Under the pieces are notes generated by a model. The model was given only the letters and a program-made list of their open reading frames with translations. It was not told the origin of the DNA and ran no database searches. A stretch of 64,000 nucleotides of DNA from Candidatus Latescibacterota bacterium (GTDB lineage Bacteria > Latescibacterota > UBA2968 > GCA-2709665). A program made the translations under genes and the position numbers. The stretch covers positions 320,001-384,000 of the forward strand of contig OZ244744.1 in NCBI GenBank assembly GCA_965219455.1, read 5' to 3'. Each line of letters opens with the position of its first letter. The stretch's first letter is position 1. Shown here one piece after another: positions 43,096 to 53,251 of this stretch.

Positions 43096-44196
43096 TCACC
43101 GCGCGAGCCAGGCGCTGAAGCGTTCGTTCATTTCGTCCAGGTGATCGCTCCACCATTCCCAGTTATTGCGCAGGGCGCGCTTCGCGTTCCGAGGGCTGGT
43201 GGGCATGTGCGGATTCATATCCACGCCTTTCTCAGCATGCGTCGAAATCAGCGGCATCGCGGAGCGGCGCGTCGGACTGTAGGAGATGTACCGGCCCACG
43301 CCGGCCATGGACTGTGGACGCGTGGAAAACTTGAGAAACTTCATCGCCGCTTCGAGATTGGGCGTGCCCGCGACAATGCCCAGCCCGCCCGTGTCGAGAA
43401 TCTGGCCGTCCCACACCACCACGAAGGGCTGGTTTTCCAGCACCTGCGCATTGAAGATGCGCCCGTTGTAGGCCGTGCTCATCGCCACCTCCCCGTCGGC
43501 CAGCATCTGAGGCGGCTGTGCCCCCGTCTCCCACCACACAATGTGTTCCTTAATCGTACCCAGTTTGCGGAAGGCGCGGTCCACGCCAGCGGGCGTGTCG
43601 AGCGTGGCGTAGACCGAGTCGATCGGTACCCCGTCGGCCATCAGCGCGAACTCGAGGTTCACCAGCGGCGACCGACGCATACCGCGGCGCCCGGGGAAAT
43701 TCTCCAGGTCGAAAAAGTCGGCGATGGCGGCTGGTTTCTTGCCCTTAATATGTTTTTCGTTGTACGCGTAGACGGTGGAATAGAAAATCGTGGCCGGGCC
43801 ACAGTCCGTCACCGTACCGGAAACAAAATCTTCGGCCGCGGGCTTACCGTCTGCCCCTGCGGGGAGCGAATCCACCGCGATGGGTTCCAGCAGTCCCTCG
43901 TCGCAACCGCGCACCATGTCGGGGATCTCCAGGTCGACCACGTCCCAGTAAACATTGCCCACGTCCACCTGCGCGCGAATCTGCGCCAGCCCCCCGTTGT
44001 AGTCTTCGAGGTTGATGGCGATGCCGGTCTCGGCGGTGAACGCCTCGTGGTACCCCTTGACGCACGCACGCGCGTAGGACCCGCCCCACGACACCACGGT
44101 CAGCGGACGGTCGCCTGCGAGAGCACCGGCCCCGGACAGCACGGACAGGCCCATCAACGACGTGATACGCGCAATCCTTCTCCAGACGTCCTTCAT
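43096..44196 (-). CDS. Polyamine-type ABC transporter substrate-binding protein
   Basis: Signal peptide, LTVVSWGGSY, WDVVD, FPGRRG, LEFALMADGV, AYNGRI. Confidence 0.88.
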   Translation of the reverse strand: MKDVWRRIARITSLMGLSVLSGAGALAGDRPLTVVSWGGSYARACVKGYHEAFTAETGIAINLEDYNGGLAQIRAQVDVGNVYWDVVDLEIPDMVRGCDEGLLEPIAVDSLPAGADGKPAAEDFVSGTVTDCGPATIFYSTVYAYNEKHIKGKKPAAIADFFDLENFPGRRGMRRSPLVNLEFALMADGVPIDSVYATLDTPAGVDRAFRKLGTIKEHIVWWETGAQPPQMLADGEVAMSTAYNGRIFNAQVLENQPFVVVWDGQILDTGGLGIVAGTPNLEAAMKFLKFSTRPQSMAGVGRYISYSPTRRSAMPLISTHAEKGVDMNPHMPTSPRNAKRALRNNWEWWSDHLDEMNERFSAWLAR

Positions 44197-45302
44197 GTTG
44201 TTACCTCCTCGTCATCCGGATCCAGCACCCGGCAGTCCGTCGGCGTCCATCCGATCCGAACCCGGTCGCCAGCCAGCATGGCGCCGTGCCCCACGATATT
44301 CAGTATTTTCGCGATAAAATCCGAACGGCCGCAGACGTTAACGCGAACCCGCAGGTGGTCGCCCAGAAACGTGATATCCTCAATTATCGCGTCGAGTTCG
44401 TTCGTGTAGAGGCCGGGTTCCGGCGAGATGGCGACCCGCTCCGGTCGGATCGAAAGCGTCGTGGCGTCGCCCGAACCGCACGGCGCAACGCGAAGGGCGC
44501 TGATGATCTGACCGCCCGTCTCGACCTCGCAAATGTCCCCGTCCACGTTCGTCACCCGGCCGTGCAGGCGATTGTTTTCGCCGATGAAGCGGGCGACGAA
44601 CGAGCGCTCCGGCTCTTCGTAGAGAACCTCGGGTTCGTCCACCTGCTCGATGTCCCCGCCCCGGAGCACGGCGATCCGGTCCGACATGACCATCGCCTCC
44701 TCCTGATCGTGCGTAACGTACACCACGGTGACGCCCAGGCTCTTGTGGATGCGCCGGATTTCGTACTGCATCTCCTCCCTGAGGCGGCGGTCAAGCGCGC
44801 CGAGCGGCTCGTCCATCAACACCAGATCGGGCTGAAAGACCAGCGCCCGGGCGATCGCCACGCGCTGCTGCTGGCCCCCGGAGAGTTGGCCGGGGCGCCG
44901 TTCCTCGAGGCCGTCGAGGCGGACCAGCTGAAGGGCTCGCGCCACGCGTTCCGTGCATTGCATCGAGTCGAACCCGCGCACCTCCAGTGGAAAGGCAAGG
45001 TTGCGGCCAACCGTCATGTGGGGGAAAAGCGCGTAATTCTGAAAAACCATGCCAATGCCGCGCTTGCGAGGCGGCAGCGCATGTACGGAACGACCGTCGA
45101 TACGGATCGCGCCCGAGGAGGGCGTTTCGAAGCCGGCGAGCATCATCAGGCAGGTGGTCTTACCCGATCCGGAAGGCCCGAGCAGAGTGAGGAACTCCCC
45201 TTTCCGGACACTCAGATCGAGGTTGTCGACGACGAGGGTACGGCCGTCGAAACTCTTGCTAACCCCCTCGAACTCGACGTACGCGTAATCGTTTCGGTGC
45301 AT
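44193..45302 (-). CDS. Polyamine-type ABC transporter ATP-binding protein (PotA-like)
   Basis: [37 protein letters not shown]-terminal TOBE-like region. Confidence 0.92.
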   Translation of the reverse strand: MHRNDYAYVEFEGVSKSFDGRTLVVDNLDLSVRKGEFLTLLGPSGSGKTTCLMMLAGFETPSSGAIRIDGRSVHALPPRKRGIGMVFQNYALFPHMTVGRNLAFPLEVRGFDSMQCTERVARALQLVRLDGLEERRPGQLSGGQQQRVAIARALVFQPDLVLMDEPLGALDRRLREEMQYEIRRIHKSLGVTVVYVTHDQEEAMVMSDRIAVLRGGDIEQVDEPEVLYEEPERSFVARFIGENNRLHGRVTNVDGDICEVETGGQIISALRVAPCGSGDATTLSIRPERVAISPEPGLYTNELDAIIEDITFLGDHLRVRVNVCGRSDFIAKILNIVGHGAMLAGDRVRIGWTPTDCRVLDPDDEEVTT

Positions 45303-45394
45303 TTGGGCGGCCTTTGGGTCTTGTATCCCTATGAACGGTTTATTGTGGGCGAAAATACCGCACTTTCAGACTTCAAGAGTGTTCCACCTGCGGC

Positions 45395-46219
45395 TCATCT
45401 CGACGTAGAATGCCTCCGCATCCATTCAACGGTGAACAGCAGCAGGACGGCAAATACGATGAGAAAAGTCGCCACCGCCAGGATCGTCGGACTGATCTGC
45501 TCACGGATGCCGGCCCACATCTGGCGCGGAATCGTACGCTGTTCGATTGCGGCCATGAACAGTACCACGACCACTTCATCGAAGGACGTTGCGAAAGCGA
45601 AGAGCGCCCCTGAGATCACGCCGGGCGCGATAAGCGGCAGTTGAACCTGGCGAAAGATGCGCACGGGCCCGGCGCCGAGGCTGGCGGCCGCGCGCGCCAG
45701 GTTGGTGTCGAAAGCGGACAGCGTGGCGGTCACCGTGATCACGACAAAGGGCGTGCCAAGCGCAGCGTGGGCAAGAATCAGACCCAAATGGGTCTGGGCC
45801 AGGCCCAGGTTTGAGTAGAAGAAGAACATGCCCGCCGCTGCGATAATCACCGGGGTCACCATGGGCGAAATGAGCAACCCCATCGCCAAGCGACGGCCGG
45901 GCATGGCCGGACTGCTCAGCCCCATCGCCGCGAGCGTGCCCAGCGCCGTCGCCAGCGCCGTGGACGCGACGCCGATGATCAGGCTGTTGACGAGCGCACG
46001 CGTCCATACCTCGTTTTCGACAATCTGCCGGTACCAGCGCATCGAATACGCGTCGGCGTCCAGGCGCAGCATCCCCTCGGTAAAGGTAAAGTAGGGCTCG
46101 GCGTTGAAGCTCAGCGGCACGATCACCAGGATCGGCGCGACGAGAAACAGAAACACGGCCCCGCAGAACCCCACATGAATAAATCGGCCGACGCGTTCCT
46201 GTCTACCCCGGGTCGCCAT
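45395..46219 (-). CDS. ABC transporter permease (PotC-like)
   Basis: PILVIVPLSFN, SMRWY, AAASLGA, SFDEVVV. Confidence 0.9.
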   Translation of the reverse strand: MATRGRQERVGRFIHVGFCGAVFLFLVAPILVIVPLSFNAEPYFTFTEGMLRLDADAYSMRWYRQIVENEVWTRALVNSLIIGVASTALATALGTLAAMGLSSPAMPGRRLAMGLLISPMVTPVIIAAAGMFFFYSNLGLAQTHLGLILAHAALGTPFVVITVTATLSAFDTNLARAAASLGAGPVRIFRQVQLPLIAPGVISGALFAFATSFDEVVVVLFMAAIEQRTIPRQMWAGIREQISPTILAVATFLIVFAVLLLFTVEWMRRHSTSR

Positions 46220-46220
46220 C

Positions 46221-47435
46221 TCAGCCCAACCTCATCCGCTCGATTCCCACAATGCGGTCGTAGAGCACATAAAGCACGCCCACACATGCCAGCAGGATGC
46301 CGCCAAGCGCCGCGGCAAGACCCCAGTTGAGCGAGGTCTGCATGTGGAACGCGATCATATTGGAGATGAGTTGCCCGCTGCTCCCGCCCACCAGTGCGGG
46401 TGTGATATAGTAGCCGATGGCGAGAATGAACACCAGGAGCGATCCCGCGCTCACGCCGGGCAGGGTCTGCGGCCAGTACACGCGCCAGAACGCCTGAAAG
46501 GGGCTTGCGCCCAGGGAGGCCGCGGCGCTCATCTGGATCGGCGGGATGGCGCGCATGATCGAATAGAGGGGGAGAATCATGAAGGGAAGTAGCACGTGCG
46601 TCATTGCCACCAATGTGCCGGTCATGTTATAAATCATCGCCAGCCGGCCGTCGTCACCGATCAGACCCAGAGCCACGAGCACGTCGTTGACTACGCCCTG
46701 TGTCTGCAGCAACACGATCCAGGACGTGGTACGCACGAGCAGCGACGTCCAGAAGGGGACCAGTACAAGGATCAGAAGCAGGTTGCCAAGACGCGGGGGC
46801 GCGTGCGCGATCATATGCGCAATCGGGTAACCAAGCAGCAGACACAGCCCCGTGATGCTCAGGCTCACCCAGAGGGTCCGCCACAGCAGCGGAAGGTAGA
46901 TGCGGCGTTCTTCGGGCTGGCGCGCGATGGCGCCGTCCGGCCGCTTCTGCAGGTCCAGGGCGTTGAGATAGTGCCTTGGCGTAAACCGCTGCCCGGCGCT
47001 TCGGATCGCGTGCCAGGTCCGGACATCGCCCCAGGCGGAGTTAATGCCGAGCATGGCGTCGCGCCACGGTCCGCTGCTGACGCGCCGAAGGCGCCGCACG
47101 CTCTTCGTCAACACGCTTCGCAGCCCGCCGTGGACCCGGTTGACGCGGCTGGCGATCTTACCGAGGGTGCGATCCTCGTGCGCCTTCACGAGTTCACGCG
47201 CGGCGGATTCGTAGACCGCCTCGTGAGGAGCACCCTGGCCGTCCCATTCGTTTAACAGGGCGAGCGTCCGGGGCATGGCATCGGCAACCACGGGGTCGTA
47301 CACGCTTCGCACCAGCATCGTCGCAAGCGGCGCCGCGAAGGTGAAACCGACAAAGGCAATCAGCGGCAGCACCAACCCCGCAGCGCGCAGCCGCGGACGG
47401 AGATTCGGGTTTTTGATATGCCGTTTTGAATCCAT
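46221..47435 (-). CDS. ABC transporter permease (PotB-like) with large periplasmic loop
   Basis: LLGYPIA, PFWTSLLVRT, LPFMILPLY, GYYITPALVGG. Confidence 0.9.
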   Translation of the reverse strand: MDSKRHIKNPNLRPRLRAAGLVLPLIAFVGFTFAAPLATMLVRSVYDPVVADAMPRTLALLNEWDGQGAPHEAVYESAARELVKAHEDRTLGKIASRVNRVHGGLRSVLTKSVRRLRRVSSGPWRDAMLGINSAWGDVRTWHAIRSAGQRFTPRHYLNALDLQKRPDGAIARQPEERRIYLPLLWRTLWVSLSITGLCLLLGYPIAHMIAHAPPRLGNLLLILVLVPFWTSLLVRTTSWIVLLQTQGVVNDVLVALGLIGDDGRLAMIYNMTGTLVAMTHVLLPFMILPLYSIMRAIPPIQMSAAASLGASPFQAFWRVYWPQTLPGVSAGSLLVFILAIGYYITPALVGGSSGQLISNMIAFHMQTSLNWGLAAALGGILLACVGVLYVLYDRIVGIERMRLG

Positions 47436-47545
47436 ACGGAAGGTGCAGATTTCCAGTTGTTTACGCGTGGTGCAATGCCCCGGTATGCATCAGATCGAAT
47501 ATATCGGTATCCGGTTCCGGGCCCCCCGATGACGACATGGCGCCG

Positions 47546-48130
47546 TTAAGGTTCGAAGGTGGGGCAGTCAACAAGCGTCGGTACGCAACCATCGGGAATG
47601 GGGACCTGAAACGCATTCAGTGTCTGTGCCACCATGCTGTAATAGCCGGCAATCCCCGTCAGTTCCACAACGCCGGTCTTTCCCAATGCTTCCTGGGCCG
47701 CGTTGAATACGCCGTCCGGGACAAATCGATTGTTGAGTAATTCACTGACATAGTTGAAAACGGCTTGTTCGTCGTCAAGGCCAAAATGGGGATCCTGTCC
47801 GTGACGGATCGCGTCGATGATATCCTCGCCCAACCCGCTCTCGACGGCGAACGGTTCGTGCAGGGACCACTCAACCTGGCAGTCCCAGAATCGCGCCGTC
47901 ACGAGGATCGCCAATTCGCTGAGTCTCGGCGCCAGGCTGGTGCGGTAGCGCACGAATTCGCCCAGACTCTGGGCACGGTCGGCCAACTTGGGGCTGTGCA
48001 GCCAGATCCCGAAGGGCCCCGCGATGCTGCCCCTGGATTCGAGGATGGCATCATAGATACGCGCCTGCTCCTCGTTCAGTTCGGCGCGTTCCAACTGGCC
48101 CGGTCTGCTCACAATTGTAGACTCCGGCAA
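47546..48130 (-). CDS. Carboxymuconolactone decarboxylase (AhpD-like) family protein
   Basis: GPFGIWLHSP, LSELAILVTAR, EWSLH, VELTGIAGYY. Confidence 0.85.
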   Translation of the reverse strand: MPESTIVSRPGQLERAELNEEQARIYDAILESRGSIAGPFGIWLHSPKLADRAQSLGEFVRYRTSLAPRLSELAILVTARFWDCQVEWSLHEPFAVESGLGEDIIDAIRHGQDPHFGLDDEQAVFNYVSELLNNRFVPDGVFNAAQEALGKTGVVELTGIAGYYSMVAQTLNAFQVPIPDGCVPTLVDCPTFEP

Positions 48131-48206
48131 TTCTGAGGATAAAGGTAGATATCAGAACGAAATCGTGGGATTCATCAATCCACGATCCATCGCACAACTG
48201 GGGCCA

Positions 48207-48530
48207 CTAAGGATCGAGCATTGAATCGGTACGCGTAATCCTGCGCTTCGCGGGCTCTTTCTCAGGACACATCCAGTCGGGAAGAGGGCTGCCCGTCGCC
48301 CCCGCATACAGGGTCTCCGGTGCGATGTCGATCTCGTTGCCCCAGGTCAGAACCCCAAGCTCCTTGTTAATAGTGAAGTTCCGGAAGAACTCGAGATCCT
48401 TGAATCGCTCGAAAATACCTCGACGCTCCACATATTTCGCGAAGTCGACGGTGCCTCGCCGGCCGTCATCGAACTCAATGTCGATGAGGTAGGCGCCTCC
48501 ATAGCTGGCTGAAACCACGTCGTGCAGCAT
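48207..48530 (-). CDS. DUF2442 domain protein (putative antitoxin)
   Basis: FDDGRRGTVDF, GIFERFKD..FF, TWGNEIDIAPETLY. Confidence 0.85.
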   Translation of the reverse strand: MLHDVVSASYGGAYLIDIEFDDGRRGTVDFAKYVERRGIFERFKDLEFFRNFTINKELGVLTWGNEIDIAPETLYAGATGSPLPDWMCPEKEPAKRRITRTDSMLDP

Positions 48531-48608
48531 ACGTTTCGACCTTTTTATTGAGGAAATCACATCTCCTCGGTGGCCTGTCGCTTGGCGCTTTATTGTTGTT
48601 CGATGCGC

Positions 48609-48809
48609 CTAAAGTTCCTTTAGCCGACCTTTTCCTTTGTCATCTAAAGCCTCGGAGATCAAGAAATCCAACTTCCCGTCTTTTGAATCCGCTTCAATCT
48701 GTCGGTCCCACTTCTTCCAGTCCAACTCACTAAACCATTGTTTTAATCTAAGCTAATCAAATTCCGGGAGATCCATGATCGCTTGCCGTATTTCCGCTAT
48801 TTTTGTCAT
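48609..48809 (-). pseudogene. Small antitoxin-like protein with premature TAG at codon 19
   Basis: Not in the ORF track: MTKIAEIRQAIMDLPEFD*LRLKQWFSELDWKKWDRQIEADSKDGKLDFLISEALDDKGKGRLKEL; resembles the W-D-R-Q-I-E-x-D...G-K-L-D proteins that precede RelE-like toxins (family recalled, not searched). Confidence 0.7.
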
Positions 48810-48984
48810 TTCTTTTATCCACTATTCAGTTTCAGATCAGACAAAGACTGCCATTTCCAATTGTCAAGTGTCCGAACGGGCGATCACGCTCGCACCCAAT
48901 CATTGCTTTTCAAACTTCGCTGCTCTTCACGAGTCTCAAGCGATACTGCAAGGAGCATGAGGTGGAATACCGAGCGATCAGTGC

Positions 48985-49200
48985 TTACGGTGCTACCTCA
49001 AGATAGACCGACTCCGTGGTTGGTTCCGGAATCGGATAGCGCTCTTGTTTCAACCCATCGAGGTGAAATTCGATTGCCTCCTTCATGTTCGCTTCTACTT
49101 CCTGCCGCGTGGCACCGGTGGACACACATCCGGGAAGATCCGGAGAATACGCCGAAAATCCGGTTTCCGTCATCTCGATGACAATCAAGTACCTGTTCAT
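48985..49200 (-). CDS. hicB: HicB-family antitoxin (short form)
   Basis: YLIVIE..ETGFSAYSPDLPGCVSTGAT..E...NMKEAIEFHL..L....IPEP; AAGGA RBS. Confidence 0.9.
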   Translation of the reverse strand: MNRYLIVIEMTETGFSAYSPDLPGCVSTGATRQEVEANMKEAIEFHLDGLKQERYPIPEPTTESVYLEVAP

Positions 49201-49305
49201 GTCCTTTCCCGGTATCGTATTCCTCATGCGTTAGTGTCGCCCGAATGTCCACTTTCTGCATGTTTCATTGTGTAGACGTGACAGGACGTGCTCTCGTTCT
49301 TACTG

Positions 49306-50379
49306 TCACTCCCTATGCGCCGCGATGAAGTCTTCGTTGAGCGTCAGCCCGAGGCCGGGTTCGTCTCCCATGTGGATCTCGCCTTCCACGATCTGAAATG
49401 GGGGATCGTAGAGGTCCGACCAGATCTGATACGGCTCGGTATGCGGGCAGGCGGAAACCATCAGCCCGTTGGGTACGGCGGCGATCAGGTGGCAGTTGAT
49501 TTCCGGAAAGGAAGCCCCGTGCGGCGCCACGTAGACGTGGTGCGCCTCGGCCAGCGCCGCCATTCGCATCAGACCCGTGAACCCCCCGCCGCCGATGATA
49601 TCCGACTGAACCACCTGCAGCCCTCCATCGACGATCAAATGCCGAGTGCCATACAACGTGCCCTCGCTCTCACCGCCGGCGACCAGCGCGCCCGTGGCCT
49701 CGCGCACCATCCTCATATGTGCCGCTTCGTCGTCGCCACGAACGGGTTCTTCAATCCAGAACAGGTCATAGGGCTCAAACCGGCGCGCCATCGCCGCAGC
49801 CGTCTTTCCTTCCCACATCCTGTGTATGTCGATCATCAACCTCGGGCCGTCGCCCAAGGCCTCGCGCGACAATCTCACTTTGTCAAACGCGAGTTCGCGA
49901 TCGTCATCCGACAAATGGAACTTCACGGCCTTGAATCCCAGGTCCGCGTGCTTTCTGACAAGGGCGGCGACCTCCGTGGCGTTCTGATGTTCATAGCCGA
50001 TCCCGTCCGCATACGCGGTCACCCGGTTCCTGAACCCGCCCAGCATCCGCCAGACCGGTTCGCCGCACGCCTTGCCATATAAATCCCAGAGCGCCACGTC
50101 CAGGGCGCCGATCGTGCCCATCGCGGCCCGGCCGGGGCCGCGAAAGCGCCACGCGCAATCGTACATCCGCTGCCATAGCCTGGCCGGTCGCCGAGGATCT
50201 TCGCCCACAAGCAGCGGAGCGAACTCCCGCTCGATCATTTCCGCATTTCCACCCCTGCCGATGCCCACAAGCCCGTTATCCGCCCGGACAAGCTGAAGGG
50301 GCCAGGTCCGCTTGACGCCCCTACCGGACGGCCCCCAGAAACAGGTCAGCGAAATCGTCTCGATGCGCTCGATTCTCAT
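49306..50379 (-). CDS. Mandelate racemase/muconate lactonizing enzyme family (enolase superfamily)
   Basis: LDVALWDLYGK, GFKAVKF, LMID, WIEEP, AGGES, APHG. Confidence 0.9.
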   Translation of the reverse strand: MRIERIETISLTCFWGPSGRGVKRTWPLQLVRADNGLVGIGRGGNAEMIEREFAPLLVGEDPRRPARLWQRMYDCAWRFRGPGRAAMGTIGALDVALWDLYGKACGEPVWRMLGGFRNRVTAYADGIGYEHQNATEVAALVRKHADLGFKAVKFHLSDDDRELAFDKVRLSREALGDGPRLMIDIHRMWEGKTAAAMARRFEPYDLFWIEEPVRGDDEAAHMRMVREATGALVAGGESEGTLYGTRHLIVDGGLQVVQSDIIGGGGFTGLMRMAALAEAHHVYVAPHGASFPEINCHLIAAVPNGLMVSACPHTEPYQIWSDLYDPPFQIVEGEIHMGDEPGLGLTLNEDFIAAHRE

Positions 50380-50396
50380 GGCGTGACCTCCATTGT

Positions 50397-50822
50397 TCAG
50401 GATGCAATGCGTTTGCTAAGGATTACTCTCGTACCGGCCGCGCAAAAGTGGTGTTGGACGTCGTCCACCATGGCGCGCATCATCAGCAAGCCGCGGCCGG
50501 AGGGTTTCAACAGGTTCTCCTCGGCAAGAGGATCCGGAACCTCCCCCGGGTCGAACCCGGGCCCCTGATCCCGGACCGCGATGTGCAACATCCCATCCAC
50601 CACCGTAAACTCGACGGTGAACGATCTTTCCCGCACACCCCCGTTACCGTGGAAAATGGCATTGTTAACGGCTTCCGTGAGCGCGAGAGCCACCTCGTCG
50701 CAGGCATCCTCGCTCATCGCCAGATCCGCCGTGACCTTCGCCGCGGCGTCAACCGCCTCATGAAGCGACGCTACGCAACTGGGCAATTCCAGTCGCTTGA
50801 CTTCTCGAGATCCAGTACCCAT
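50397..50822 (-). CDS. RsbW-like anti-sigma factor / HATPase
   Basis: LALTEAVNNAIFHGN, VRDQGPGFDP, SGRGL. Confidence 0.88.
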   Translation of the reverse strand: MGTGSREVKRLELPSCVASLHEAVDAAAKVTADLAMSEDACDEVALALTEAVNNAIFHGNGGVRERSFTVEFTVVDGMLHIAVRDQGPGFDPGEVPDPLAEENLLKPSGRGLLMMRAMVDDVQHHFCAAGTRVILSKRIAS

Positions 50823-50956
50823 AGACGCATTCCCTCATTCCACTCGGGGGCCACCGACAGCGGCTGCCGCAGCCGGCCTTCCGGACTCCAGCGCGGGGCC
50901 GGCGCGATGAAACCGGACACTGGATTTGCCGGCGCGAGCCATCCGGGGAATTCTCC

Positions 50957-50985
50957 TTGACAATCCCGTCGCATGAAGTTATCAA
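50957..50985 (+). promoter_or_regulatory. Possible sigma70 promoter for ridA
   Basis: TTGACA-17-TATCAA about 110 nt upstream of ATG 51094. Confidence 0.45.
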
Positions 50986-51093
50986 AGACGACCACGATAT
51001 TGAAAGGGGCGATCGCCGACGACCCCTGGGGTGCAACCTTCGATTCGCCGATTACGCGGTACATCACGCAACCAGGAATGGAGACTTCGCGCC

Positions 51094-51477
51094 ATGCAGA
51101 AAGAGGTCATTACCACCGACAAGGCCGCCCTTCCCGTGGGTCCTTATTCGCAGGCCATAAAAACGGGCGATCTGATCTTTGTAGCGGGCGAAAAGGGAAT
51201 CGACCCCGGAACCGGCGTCATTGTCAGTGGCGGAATCGCGGCGGAAACCCGGCAGACGCTGGATAATATCCAGGCGATCCTGGAGGCCGCGGGCGCGACA
51301 ATGGATCACGTGGTCCGCACGGTTGTCTACATGACGGACATTTCGGAATTCGCCGAAATGAACGCCGTCTACGCGGGTTACTTCCCGAACGCCCCCCCCG
51401 GACGGAGCTGCGTACAGGTGGTTGCCCTCCCTGCCGGGGCCCACGTTGAAATCGAAGTGACGGCCGTTCTGTCCTGA
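51094..51477 (+). CDS. ridA: RidA-family enamine/imine deaminase
   Basis: GPYSQAI, QTLDNI, FAEMNAVYAGYF, catalytic Arg in PPGRSCV, VEIE. Confidence 0.9.
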   Translation: MQKEVITTDKAALPVGPYSQAIKTGDLIFVAGEKGIDPGTGVIVSGGIAAETRQTLDNIQAILEAAGATMDHVVRTVVYMTDISEFAEMNAVYAGYFPNAPPGRSCVQVVALPAGAHVEIEVTAVLS

Positions 51478-51523
51478 CCTGCCGGCGGCAGTGCTCCCGA
51501 CCTTCCGTCGCAGTGAGCGAAGA

Positions 51524-51621
51524 CTAGTGTCCCGTCCCAGAAATAGGTCACCATTCATCCGACGGTTCATCCCGTCTCGGCGGTCGAATTTAGGCAATCT
51601 ATTTCGGGGACAGAACACTAG
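51524..51621. mobile_element. IS630-like MITE, short variant (98 bp including both CTAG)
   Basis: TIRs CTAGTGTCCCGTCCC / GGGACAGAACACTAG; collinear with 36776-36944 apart from a 71-bp indel. Confidence 0.8.
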
Positions 51622-52415
51622 AGCCCGGTCAGTATTCCCTCGACGTATCCTCGTGTAAATGCCACGTCCCGATCCACCTCATCCGGCTCCTTGCCTCCCA
51701 CGCATTCCACGTAGAGCGGTCCTTCGAACCCGCCGCCGATCAGCCCGGACAAAACCGAATGAAAATCCACAAGCCCGTCACCTGGCGTCACCATTACATC
51801 CGGTACACCGTCAATGACCGTACAATCCTTGATAATCCCGGTCGTCACCACGGGCGCCACTTCCGAGACGCCTGTCTCCGGTCGCAGGTCGCCTTTTGTA
51901 TAGTAGATGATATTGCCGGGATCGAAACAGATGCCGAACGCCGCGTGGTTCACGGTTGCGTGGGCCCCGAGGAGGTGGGAAACCGTGAGACTGATACCCC
52001 CGTGGGGTTTCATGGTTATCTTCACGCCGACCTGATCCGCATGGGGCGCGGCCTGCCGCATCAACTCGAAATAGTCATCGAAGTGGGCATCATTGCTGGT
52101 GCCGCAATCCAACAACCAGGTGGTGCCCAGCGCCGCCGCATTGTCGATCAGTCGCTTGTAGTCGTCCACCGCCGCCGACAGGCCCCCGCCCAACCGGGTG
52201 CCCCCAATGAGCATCGAGGGAACCACGCCGGCGGCATCCGCTGCCTGCCGCACGGCCGCGACCTCCGCCGGGGAACTCTCCGGACCTACCGGCACCCGGC
52301 CTTCATTGGCGAAAACCGCCACGTCCGAGTAGCCGGCCTCCGCAATCCGGCTGTACGCCTCGCTATAACTCAGTTGGCCGTAAGGCCGCGTCGTACATCC
52401 GATCGTCATCTCCAT
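51618..52415 (-). CDS. Sugar phosphate isomerase/epimerase (TIM barrel)
   Basis: IAEAGY, MKPHGG, FDPGNIIYY, IKD, PGDGLVDF, GFEGPLYVE. Confidence 0.8.
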   Translation of the reverse strand: MEMTIGCTTRPYGQLSYSEAYSRIAEAGYSDVAVFANEGRVPVGPESSPAEVAAVRQAADAAGVVPSMLIGGTRLGGGLSAAVDDYKRLIDNAAALGTTWLLDCGTSNDAHFDDYFELMRQAAPHADQVGVKITMKPHGGISLTVSHLLGAHATVNHAAFGICFDPGNIIYYTKGDLRPETGVSEVAPVVTTGIIKDCTVIDGVPDVMVTPGDGLVDFHSVLSGLIGGGFEGPLYVECVGGKEPDEVDRDVAFTRGYVEGILTGL

Positions 52416-52459
52416 CCTGCTCGCTCCTTTGCTAATTTACCCGAATCATTGCGGGTTCA

Positions 52460-53251
52460 TTATTCCATTTCGCGTCCACAGTGTGGACAAACGCCGCCAG
52501 CCTTTTTCCGCCGATCGATCTCCTCGGCGAAACCCGAACCCAGGATGCCGGCCGGCAGGGCGAACATCCCGATACCCAGAAGCGCGATCACCGCGCCCAG
52601 TACCTTTCCGACGCCGGTTACCGGGTACGTATCACCGTATCCCACCGTCGTAAGTGTTACGATGCCCCACCACATGGCCGATGGAATGCTGGAGAAGGCC
52701 TTGGGCTGGGCGTGGTGTTCCGCAAAATACATCAGCGTCGACGCGATCACCAGCATGATCAGCAGGACGAAAAGGGTGACCAGCAACTCACCGCTATGCT
52801 TCCGTAACACGTTACCGAGCGTCTGCAAAGAGGTGGAATACCGTCCCAGCTTGAATAACCGCAACAACCGCATGGCGCGCAACACGCGCAGGTCGACGGT
52901 GGTCACCAAAGGCAGATAAAACGGCAGGATTGCAATCAGGTCCACCAGCGCCATGGGCGTCCGGAAGTAGCGCAATCGACCCCGAATGGGACGGGTATAC
53001 TCTTTATCGGTGGTACAAGACCACAGCCGCATCAGGTATTCAATGGTAAAGACACCAACAGAAAACGCGTCAAACACCTCAAAATGCCATCGGTACGTCG
53101 CCTGAACGGCCTCGACTGTCTCCAGAATGACAGCCATGACGTTCAGGACAATCAACCCCATGATAAACAGGTCGATCGAACGACTCGTGCAGTCTCCCGA
53201 CTGCGCCTTATCCAGAATTTCGTAGGTGCGTTCTTTGGTACGATGCAGCAT
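52460..53251 (-). CDS. 6-TM voltage-gated-type potassium channel
   Basis: S4-like LRVLRAMRLLRLFK, WWGIVTLTTVGYGD selectivity filter, C-terminal CPHCG. Confidence 0.92.
   Translation of the reverse strand: MLHRTKERTYEILDKAQSGDCTSRSIDLFIMGLIVLNVMAVILETVEAVQATYRWHFEVFDAFSVGVFTIEYLMRLWSCTTDKEYTRPIRGRLRYFRTPMALVDLIAILPFYLPLVTTVDLRVLRAMRLLRLFKLGRYSTSLQTLGNVLRKHSGELLVTLFVLLIMLVIASTLMYFAEHHAQPKAFSSIPSAMWWGIVTLTTVGYGDTYPVTGVGKVLGAVIALLGIGMFALPAGILGSGFAEEIDRRKKAGGVCPHCGREME

Noticed and set aside
48753-48755. In-frame TAG as pyrrolysine or stop-codon reassignment
   Set aside because: TAG is a normal stop for tuf, fusA, rpsG, nusG and rplK here; a single Tyr-to-TAG nonsense change is simpler.
49228-49262. 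TTAGTGTCGCCCGAATGTCCAC, resembling an IS or MITE end upstream of hicB
   Set aside because: Only 7 nt shared with the CTAGTGTC TIR and no partner inverted end found.
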